Positions 31,375 through 43,800 of a stretch of DNA of 64,000 nucleotides are shown here, piece by piece. Source of the stretch: the human T2T-CHM13v2.0 reference genome, Homo sapiens; NCBI RefSeq assembly GCF_009914755.1, contig NC_060940.1. One strand, given 5' to 3'. The notes beneath the pieces were generated by a model. It was not told where the DNA came from. It saw only the letters and a list, made by a program, of their open reading frames with translations, and ran no database searches. Within the stretch, counting starts at the first letter, position 1, and every line of letters begins with the position of its first letter. Both the position numbers and the translations under genes were made by a program.

Positions 31375-34300
31375 TCCATGATGATTCCTTTCGATTCCAT
31401 TCGCTGATGTTTCCGTTCAATTCCATTCGATGATGATTCCATTCGATTCCATTCATTGAGGATTCCATTTGATTCCATTCAATGATGATTCCGTTCTATT
31501 CCATTCAATGATTGCATTCAATTCCATTCAATGATTATCCCCTTAGAGTAAACTCAACGATTCCATTCAATACCATTCGATGATGATTCCTTTTGAGTCC
31601 ATTCAATGATTTCATTCAAGTCCATTTGATGATTCCTTTCAATTCCATTCTATGATGATTCCATTCGAGTCCATTCGATGATTCCATTCGATTGCATTCG
31701 ATGATTCCATTATATTCCAGTCAACGATGATTCCATTCGAGTCCATTCGATGATTCCATTAGAGTACATTTAATGATTGCTTTGTTTTCAATTCGAAGAT
31801 GATTACATTGGATTCCATTCTATGATACCATTCGATTCCATTCAATGATGATTCCACTCAAATCCATTGGATGATTCCATTCGTGTCCATTCGGTGATTT
31901 CATTAGATTCCATTCGAGGATGATTCCATTCGATTCCATTCGATGATTCCATTCAATTCCATTCGAGGATGATTCCATTCCAGTCCATATGATCATTCCA
32001 TTTGATTTCATTCGATGATGATTCCATTCGATTCCATTCGATGATTCCATTCTATTCCATTCGATGATGATTCCATTCGAGTCCATTCGATGATTCCATT
32101 CGAGTCCATTTAATGATTCCATTGGGTTCAATTCAATGATGATTACATTGGATTCCGTTCTATGATTCCATTCAATTCCGTTCATTGACAATTTGATTCC
32201 ATTCGATGATGATTCCATTTGAGTTCATTCGATGATTCTATTCGATTCTCTTCGATGGTGATTCAATTCTATTATATTGGATGATTCCATTCGATTCCAT
32301 TTGATGTTGATTCAATTCGATTCTATTCGATGATGATTCCATTGGATTTCACTTGATGATTCTATTCGATTCCATTCAATGATGATTCACTTCTCGTCCA
32401 TTGGATGATTCCATTTCATTCCATTCGATGATGATTCCATTCGATTCCATTCGATGATTCCATTTGATTCCATGCGACGGTGAGCAATTCGATTCAATTC
32501 CATGATGATTCTATTTGATTCAATTAGATGATGTTTCCATTCGAATCCATTCCATGATTATTCCATTGGAATCCATTTGGCGATGATTCCATATGAGTCA
32601 ATTCAATGATGATTCCATATGGGTCCGTTCGATGATAATTCCATTTGATTTCATTTGATGCTTCTATTCTATTCCAGTCGATGATGATTCCGTTGGAGTC
32701 CATACGATGATTCCATTTGATTTCATTTGATGATGATTCCATTCGATGATGATTACATTGGATTCCATTCTATGATTCCATTCAATTCCATTCGTTGATG
32801 ATTCGATTCCATTCAATGATGATTCCATTTGAGTTCATTCGATGATTCTATTCGATTCCGTTCGATGGTGATTCAATTCTCTTATATTGGATGAATCCAC
32901 TCGATTCCATTTGATGATTATTCCATTGGAGTCCACTTAGTGAATCCTTTAGATTCTACTCGAAGATGATTCCATTCGAGTCCATTCAATGATACCATTC
33001 AATTTCATTCATTGATGCTTCCATTCAAGTGCATTCGATGATATCATTCGATTCCATTTGATGATAATTCCATTTGATTCCATGCGATGATTCTATTCGA
33101 TTCCATTCAATGATAATTCCATTCAATTCAGTGATTCCTCTGGACTCCATTTGATGATGATTCCATTCAATGATTCCATTCGATTCTATTCCAAAATGAT
33201 TCCATTTGAATCCATTTGATGATGATTCCATTAGATTCCATTTGATGATTCCATTCAATTCCATTTGACGATGATTCCATTCGATTCCATTTGATGATTC
33301 CATTCTATTCTATTCGATGATGATTCCATTCGATTCTATTCGACGATGATTGGATTCGATTCCATTTGATGATTTCATTTGATTCCATTCGTTAATGATT
33401 TCGATCAACTCCATTCGATGATTCCATTTGATTCCATTCGATAATGATTACATCCGAGTCCATTCGATGATTCCATTTGAGCCCGTTCGATAATTCCATT
33501 TGAGTCCAATCAATGATTCCATTCATTTCCATTCAATGATTCCATTCGAGTCCATTTGATCATTCTGGTAGGGTCCGTTCGATGTTGATTCCATTGGAGT
33601 GCATTCGATGATTCCATTCGAGTCCATTTTATGATTTGATTCGAGTCCTTTCGATGATTCCATTCGATTCCACTCGATGATGATTTCATTCGAGTCCATT
33701 CGACACTTCCAATCGATTCCATTTGATGTTTCCATTCGAGTCCAATTGATGATTCCATTCAATTCCATTCGATGATGATTCCGTACGATTCCATTCTGTG
33801 ATGATTCCATGTGATTGCATTCAATGATGATTCCTTTCGACTGCATTCGATTATGATTCATTTCGTGTTCATTCTATGGTTCCACAGGTTTCCATTCGAT
33901 GACGTTTCCGTTCGTGTCCATTCCATTATTCCATTCTATTTCATTTGATGATGATTCCATTCGATTCCATTCATTGGTGATTCCACTCAATTCCATTCAA
34001 TGATTCCATTCCATTTCTTTCAACAATGATTCCATTAGTTTCTATTCGATGATCCACTTGATTCCATTTGGCGATGATTCCATTCGTGTCCATTCGATGA
34101 TTCCATTTGATTCCATATGATGATGATTCCATTCGATTCCATACCATGATGATTCCATTCGAGTCCATTCAATGGTGATTCCATTCAATTCCATTCGATG
34201 ATTCCTTTCGATTCCATTCGATGATGATGGCATTCGATTCCTTTCAATCATTCCCTTTGATTCCATTCAAAGGTGATTTCATTCAAGTCCATTCGATAAT

Positions 34301-34807
34301 TGCATTCGATTCCATTCTATGATGATTCCATTCGAGTCCATTTGATGATTCCATTCAATTCAAGTCAATGATGATTCCATTCGATTCCATTCGAAGATTC
34401 CATCGGATTCCATTCGATGATGATTCCATTCAAATCCATTCGATAATTCAATTCAAGTCCATTCGATGATGATTCCAATCGAATCCATTCAAAGATTCCA
34501 TTCAGTTCCATTCGATGATTCCCTTAGATTCCATTCGATGATTCCACTTGATTGCATTTACGATGATTCCATTCGATTCCATGTGATGATTCCATTCAAT
34601 TCTATTCAATGATGTTTCCATTTGATTCCATTCGACCATGATTGCCTTTGATTCCATTCAATGATTCCATTCGGTTCCGTTTGATGATGATTCCGTTCGA
34701 TTCCATTTGATGATTCCATTTGATTCCATTGGATGAGTCCATTCGATTACATTCGATGATTATTCCATTCGAGTGCATTAGATGATTCCATTCGAGTCCA
34801 TTCGATG
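31375..34807 (+). repeat. Truncated short unit S6 (near-copy of the first half of S5)
   Basis: Matches S5 at offset 6527, including the 16-bp extra segment (33898-33913) and the CCATCGGATT variant, until colinearity breaks at ~34808-34816. Confidence 0.9.
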
Positions 34808-37800
34808 ATTCCATTCAAATCCATTTGATGATTCCATTCGATTCCATTCGATGTTACCATTCCAGTATATACGATGATTCCACTCGATTCCATTTGATGA
34901 TTATTCCATTGGAGTCGACTTAGTGAATCCTTTAGATTCTACTCGAAGATGATTCCATTCGAGTCCATTCGATGATATCATTCAATTCCATTCGTTGATG
35001 CTTCCATTCAAGTGCATTCGATGATATCATTCGATTCCATTTGATGATAATTCCATTTGATTCCATGTGATGATTCTATTCCATTCCATTCAATGATAAT
35101 TCCATTCAATTCAGTGATTCCTCTGGACTCCATTTGATGATGATTCCATTCAATGATTCCATTCGATTCTATTCGAAAATGATTCCATTTGAATCCATTT
35201 GATGATGATTCCATTCGATTCCATTTGATGATTCCATTCGATTCCATTCGACGATGATTCCATTCGATTCCATTTGATGATTCCATTCTATTCTATTCGA
35301 TGATGATTCCATTCGATTCCATTCGATGATGATTGGATTCGATTCCATTTGATGATTTCATTTGATTCCATTCGATGATGATTTCGATCAATTCCATTCG
35401 ATGATTCCATTCGATTCCATTTGATAATGATTACATCCGAGTCCATTCGATGATTCCATTTGAGCCCGTTCGATAATTCCATTTGAGTCCAATCAATGAT
35501 TCCATTCATTTCCATTCAATGATTCCATTCGAGTCCATTTGATCATTCCGGTAGGGTCCGTTCGATGTTGATTCCATTGGAGTGCATTCGATGATTCCAT
35601 TCGAGTCCATTTTAGGATTTGATTCGAGTCCTTTCGATGATTCCATTCGATTCCACTCGATGCGATGATGATTTCATTCGAGTCCATTCGACACTTCCAA
35701 TCGATTCCATTTGATGTTTCCATTCGAGTCCAATTGATGATTCCATTCAATTCCATTCGATGATGATTCCGTACGATTCCATTCTGTGATGATTCCATGT
35801 GATTGCATTCAATGATGATTCCTTTCGATTGCATTCGATTATGATTCATTTCGTGTTCATTCTATGGTTCCACAGGTTTCACATCGTGTCCATTCCATTA
35901 TTCCATTCTATTCCATTTGATGATGATTCCATTCGATTCCATTCATTGGTGATTCCACTCAATTCCATTCAATGATTCCATTCCATTTCTTTCAACAATG
36001 ATTCCATTAGTTTCTAATCGATGATCCACTTGATTCCATTTGACGATGATTCCATTCTTGTCCATTCGATGATTCCATTTGATTCCATATGATGATGATT
36101 CCATTCGATTCCATACGATGATGATTCCATTCGAGTCCATTCAATGGTGATTCCATTCAATTCCATTCGATGATTCCTTTCGATTCCATTTGATGATGAT
36201 GGCATTCGATTCCTTTCAATCATTCCCTTTGATTCCACTCAAAGGTGATTTCATTCAAGTCCATTCGATAATTGCATTCGATTCCATTCTATGATGATTC
36301 CATTCGAGTCCATTTGATGATTCCATTCAATTCAAGTCAATGATGATTCCATTCGATTCCATTCGATGATTCCATTGGATTCCATTCGATGATGATTCCA
36401 TTCAAATCCATTCGATAATTCAATTCACGTCCATTCGATGATGATTCCAATCGAATCCATTCAAAGATTCCATTCAATTCCATTCGATGATTCCCTTAGA
36501 TTCCATTCGATGATTCCACTTGATTCCATTTACGATGATTCCATTCGATTCCATGTGATGATTCCATTCAATTCTATTCAATGATGTTTCCATTTGATTC
36601 CATTCGACCATGATTGCCTTTGATTCCATTCAATGATTCCATTCGGTTCCGTTTGATGATGATTCCGTTCGATTCCATTTGATGATTCCATTTGATTCCA
36701 TTGGATGAGTCCATTCGATTACATTCGATGATTATTCCATTCGAGTGCATTAGATGATTCCATTCGAGTCCATTCGATGATTCCATTCGAGTCCATTCGA
36801 TGATTCCATTCGATTCCATTCGATGTTGATTCTGTTCAAATCCATTCGATGATTCCACTTGATTCCATTCGATGACTCCATTTGATCCCATTCGATGATT
36901 TCCTTTGATTCCCTTTGATGATCATTCCATTTGATTCAATTCGGTGATTTCATTTGATTCCATTCAGTGATGTTTCCATTCGACTCCATTCGATGATGAT
37001 TCCATTCGACTCCATTCGATTATGATTTCATTCAATTCCATTCGATAATGATTCCCTTCGAGTCCATTCGATGATTCCATTCGATTCCATTCAACGATGA
37101 TTTGATTCGTGTCCATTCGATGATTCCATTTGATTCCACTTGATGATGATTCCATTCGAGTCCATTTGATGATTCCATTCAATTCCATACTCCGATGATT
37201 TCTTTTGAGCCCACTCAATGCTTCCACTCGATTCCATATGATGATGACTCCATTCGATGAAATTCGATGATGATTCCATTCGCTTGCTTTCGATGATGGT
37301 TCCACTTGAGTCCGTTAGAAGTTTCTATTCAATTACATTCCATGACGATTCCGTTCGAGTCCATTTGATGATTCCATTACACTCCATTCGACGATGATTC
37401 CATTCGATGTTATTCGATGATTCCATTCGATCTCATTCGATGATGATTCCATTCAACTCCATTCGATGTTTCCATTCGAGTTCATTCTATTATTCCATTA
37501 GATTCCATTCGATGATGATTCCATTCGATTCCATTTGATGATTGCATTCTATTTCATTTGATGATGATTCCATTCGAGTCCATTCGATGATTCCATTCGA
37601 GTCCATTTAATGAATCCATTGGTTTCAATTCTATGATGATTACATTGGATTCCATTCGTTGATGATTTCATTCGGTTCCATTCAATGATGATTCCATTCA
37701 ATTCCTTTCAATGTTTCCATTCAATTCCATACGATGATGATTCCATTTGATTTGATTCGACAGTGAGCCATTCGATTCAATTCCATGATGATTCTATTTG

Positions 37801-40800
37801 ATTCAATTGGTTGACATTTCCATTCGATTCCATTCGATGATGATTCCCTTTGATTCCGTTCAATGATGATTCCATTCTAGCCCATTCAATCATTCCATTC
37901 GATTCTATTCAATGATGATTCCATTTGACTTCATTTGATGATGATTCCTTTCAAGTTCATTAGATGATTCCATTCGATTCCATTTGATGATGATCCCATT
38001 CGAGTCCATTCAGTGATTCCATTCGTTTCCATTCCATGATGATTCCATTCCTTTCCATTCAATGATTCCATTCGATTCCGTTTGATGATGATTTCATTCG
38101 AGTCTATTTGATGATTCCATTTGATTCCATTCGATGATGATTCCATTCGAGTCCATTCGATGATTCTATTCGAATCCATTTGATGATTTCTTTTGATTAT
38201 ATTTGGTGATGATTCCATTGGAGTCCATTCAATGATTCCATTCGATTCCAATCGATGGTGGTTCCATTAGAGTCCATTTAATGATTCCATTTGATTCCAG
38301 TCTCTGATGATTACATTCGAGTCCATACGATGATTCCACTCAATTCCATATGATGATGATTCCATTCGATTCCATTCGGTGATTCCATTCTATTCTATTC
38401 AATGGTGATTCCATTCGAGTACATTAGATGATTCCATTCGATTCCATTCAATGATGATTCTATTTGTGTCCCTTAGATGATTCCACATGATTCCATTAGA
38501 TGATGATACTATTTGAGCCCATCCAATGATTCCCTTCGATTCCATTCGATGAGGATTCCATTCGATTCAATTCATTGGTGATTCTATTCAATTCAATTCT
38601 TTGATTCCATTCCATTCCATTCGACAATGATTCCATTCGATTTCTTTCGATGATTCCACTCGATTCCACTTGACATTGATTCCATTCGATTCCATTCAAT
38701 GATTCCATTTGATTCCAGTGGATGATGATTGCCATTGATTCCATTCGATCACTCCATTCTATTCCATTTGATGATGATTACATTCGATTCCATTTGATGA
38801 TTCCATCTGATTCTATTCGAGGATTCCATTTGATTCCATTCGATGATGATTCCATTCGAGTCCATTCGATGATTTCATTCGAGTACATCCAATGATTCCA
38901 TTCGAGTCCATTAGATGATTCCATTTGATTCCATTTGAAAATGATTCTACTAGAGTCCATTCAATGACTCCATTCGAGTCCATTCAACAATTCCATTCGA
39001 CTCCATTCGATGATTCCATTCGATTCCATTTGATGGTTCCATTCGAGTCCATTTAATCATTACAGTCGAGTCCATTTGGTGATTCCACTGGATTTCTTTT
39101 GATAATGATACCATTCAATTACATTTGATGATGATCCCATTCAACTTCATTTGATGATGATTCCATTAGAGTCCATTCGATGATTTCATTCGAGTCCCTT
39201 CATTGATTCCATCCGATTTCATTGGATGATGACTCCATTCGAGTCCATTCGATGATTCCACTCGATTCCATTAGATGACTCCATTGGAGTCCATTTGATT
39301 GTTCCATTCGATTCCATTCGATTCCTTTCGAAGATTATTCCATTTGAGTCCATTCGATGATGATTCCATTCCATTCCATTCGATGATTCCGTTTGATTCC
39401 ATTCGATGATTCCCTTCGATTCCTTTCTTTGATGATTCCATTCGAGTCCATTTAATCATTACAGTCGAGTCCATTTGGTGATTCCACCGGATTTCTTTTG
39501 ATAATGATACCATTCAATTACATTTGATGATGATCCCATTCAATTTCATTTGATGATGATTCCATTAGAGTCCATTCGATGATTTCATTCGAGTCCTTTC
39601 ATTGATTCCATCCGATTTCATTGGATGATGACTCCATTCGAGTCCATTCGATGATTCCACTCGATTCCATTAGATGATTCCATTGGAGTCCATTTGATTG
39701 TTCCATTCGATTCCATTCGATTCCTTTCGAAGATTATTCCATTTGAGTCCATTCGATGATGATTCCATTCCATTCCATTCAATGATTCCGTTTGATTCCA
39801 TTCGATGATTCCCTTCGATTCCTTTCTTTGATGATTCCATTCCATTCCATTCAATGATTCCATTCGAATCTATTCCATGATGATTCCTTTCGATTCCATT
39901 CGCTGATGTTTCCGTTCAATTCCATTCGATGATGATTCCATTCGATTCCATTCATTGAGGATTCCATTTGATTCCATTCAATGATGATTCCGTTCTATTC
40001 CATTCAATGATTGCATTCAATTCCATTCAATGATTATCCCCTTAGAGTAAATTCAACGATTCCATTCAATACCATTCGATGATGATTCCTTTTGAGTCCA
40101 TTCAATGATTTCATTCAAGTCCATTTGATGATTCCTTTCAATTCCATTCCATGATGATTCCATTCGAGTCCATTCGATGATTCCATTCGATTGCATTCGA
40201 TGATTCCATTATATTCCATTCAACGATGATTCCATTCGATTCCATTCGATGATTCCATTAGAGTACATTTAATGATTGCTTTGTTTTCAATTCGAAGATG
40301 ATTACATTGGATTCCATTCTATGATTCCATTCGATTCCATTCATTGATGATTCCACCCAATTCCATTCGATGATGATTCCATTCGATTTCATTCAATGAT
40401 TCTACTCGATTCCATTCAATGATGATTCAATTCTATTCCGTTTGATGATTCCATTAGATTCCATTCTATGATGATTCCATTCGAGTCCATTCGAAGATTT
40501 CATTCGATTACATTCCATGACGATTCCATTCGAGTCCATTCGATGATTCCATTTGAATCCATTCGACGATGATTCCATTTGATGCTATTCGATGATTCCA
40601 TTGGATTCCATTCGATGATGATTCCATTCGACTTGATTTGATGTTTCTATTTGAGTCCATTCGGTTATTTTATTAGACTACATTCGATGATGATTCCATT
40701 CGATGCCATTCAATGATTCCATTTGATTCCACTCAATGATGATTGCATTCGTGTCCATTCGATGATTCCATTTGGTTCCATTTGATGATGATTCCATTCG

Positions 40801-43800
40801 AGTCCATTCGATGATACCATTCAATTCCATTCGATGATCATTCCATTCGAATCCATTTGATGATTGCACTCAATTCCATTTGATGACTCCTTTCATTCCC
40901 ATTCGATGATTCCCTTCAGTTCCAATTGGATGATCTTTCCATTTGATTCAATATGGTGACTCCATTCTATTATATTCAATGATGATTCCATTCGACTCCA
41001 TTAGATGATGACTCCATTCCATTCCATTCGATTGTGATTTCATTCGATTCCATTCGAAGATGATTCCATTCGAGTCCATTTGATGATTCCATTCGATTCC
41101 ATTCAATGATGATTCCACTCAAATCCATTGGATGATTCCATTCGTTTCCAATTGGTGATTTCATTAGATTCCATTCGAGGATGATTCTATTCGAGTCCAT
41201 TCAATGATTCCATTGGATTCCGTTTGATAATGATTCCATTAGAGTTCATTCGATGATTCCCTTCGAGTCCATTCGATTATTTCTTTTGATTCCATTTGAT
41301 GATGATTCCATTCGATTCCATTCAATGATTCCATTCCATTCCATTCGATGATGATTCCATTCGATAATGATTACATTCGAGCCCATGTGATGATTCCATT
41401 AGATTCTATTCAATGATGATTCCATTCGACCACATTCGATGATGGCATTCGAGTCCATTCGATGATTTCACTCGATTCCACTTGATGATGATTCCTTTTG
41501 AGTCCATTTGATGATTACATTCGAGTCCATGAGATGACTCCATTCGATTCCATTTCATGATGATGCAATTCGAGGCTATTCGATCATCCCATTTTAGTGC
41601 ATTCGGTGATTCTCTTTTATTACATTCGATGAGGGCTCCATTCGAGTCCATTCAATGATTCCATTAGATTCCACTCGATGATGATTCCATTTGAGTCCAT
41701 TCAAAGATTCCTTTCGAGTCCATTCGATAATTCTATTGGATTCCACTAGGTGATGATTCCTTTCGAGTCAATTCGATGATTCCTTTCAAGTGCCTTCAAT
41801 GATTCCATTCGATTCCATTCGATGACGATTCATTTCAAGTCCATTCAATGGTTCCATTCTGTTGAATTTGATGGTTCCATTGGATTCCATTCGATGATGA
41901 TTCCATTCGTGTCCATTGGATGATTCCATTCGATTCCTTTCGAGGAAGATTCCATTCGACTCCATTCGATGATTCCGTTCGATTCCATTCCATGATGATT
42001 CCATTTGATTCCATTCCATGATTCCATTCGATACCATTCGATGATGATTCCATTCGACTCCATTTGATGAATCCATTCAATGCTTCCATTCGAGTCCATT
42101 CGATGATTCCATTCGATTCCATTCCATGAAGATTCCATTCGAGTACATTTGATGATTCCATTTAATTCCATAGGATGATGATTCTATTAGGGTCCGTTGA
42201 CTATTCCATTCAATTCCATTCGAAGATTCCATTCGAGTCCACTCGATGATTCTATTTGATTCCATTTGATAATTCCATTCGATTCCATTTGATGTTGATT
42301 CCATTCGAGTCCATTCGATCATTATTACATTTGATTCTATTCGATGATTCCATTCGATTCCATTTGATGAGGATTCCATTCGAGACCATTTGATGATTCC
42401 ATTCAATTCCATTGGATGATTCCAATATTTTCCATTAGATGATGATTCCATTCGATTCCATTCAATGATGATTCCATCAGAATCCATTCGATGATGACTC
42501 CTTTTGCTTCCATTCAATGATCATTACATTCGGTTCCATTCGATGATGATTCCTTTGGATTCCATTCGATGATGCTTCCATTCGATTCCATTTGATGATG
42601 ATTCTTTTCGATTCCATTTGATGATGATTCCATTTGATTCCATTCGATGGTGATTCCATTTGATGATTCCATTCGATTGTATTCGATGATGATTCCACTC
42701 GATTCTATTTGATGATGACTGCATTCGATTCCATTTGATGATTCCATTTGATTCCATTCGATGATGATTCTGATCAATTGCATTCGATGATCCATTCGAT
42801 TCCATTTGATGGTTCCATTTGATTCCATTTGATAATGATTCCTTTCGAGTCCATTCGATGATTCCATTTGCGGATATTCGATAATTCCATTTGAGTCCAA
42901 CCGATGATTCCATTCGAGGCCATTCAATCATTCTTTTTGAGTCCTTTCGATAAAGATTCCATTTTAGTCCATTCAATAATTCCACTGGAGTCCATTCGAT
43001 GATTGCTTTTAATTCCATTCGATGATATTCCATTCGAGTCCATTCGATGATTCCATTCGTTGCTATTAGATGATGATTCCATTCATGACCATTTGGTGAT
43101 TCCATTCGATTTCATTCGTTGATGATTCCATTCGAGTCCATTCCATGATTCCATTCAAGTCCATTTGATGATTTCTTTGAATTCAATTCGATGATGATTC
43201 CATTCGAGTCCATTCGATGATTCCATTCAGTTCCATTCGATGATGATTCCTTTCGAGACCATATGATGATTCCATTTGATTTCATTCGATGATGATTCCA
43301 TTCGATTCCATTCGATGATTCCATTCTATTCCATTCGATGATGATTCCATTCGAGTCCATTTAATGATTCCATTGGGTTCAATTCAATGATGATTACATT
43401 GGATTCTCTTCTATGATACCATTCAATTCCGTTCATTGACAATTTGATTCCATTCGATGATGATTCCATTTGAGTTCATTCGATGATTCTATTCGATTCT
43501 CTTCGATGGTGATTCAATTCTATTATATTGGATGATTCCATTCGATTCCATTTGATGTTGATTCAATTCGATTCTATTCGATGATGATTCCATTGGATTT
43601 CATTTGATGATTCTATTCGATTCCATTCAATGATGATTCACTTCTCGTCCATTGGATGATTCCATTTCATTCCATTCGATGATGATTCCATTCGATTCCA
43701 TTCGATGATTCCATTTGATTCCATTCGACGGTGAGCAATTCGATTCAATTCCATGATGATTCTATTTGATTCAGTTAGATGATGTTTCCATTCGAATCCA

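Noticed and set aside
42524-43105. Longest ORF (193 aa, copy at 54353-54934)
   Set aside because: Same low-complexity satellite peptide, overlapped by similar ORFs in other frames; length is explainable by chance in a stop-poor strand.
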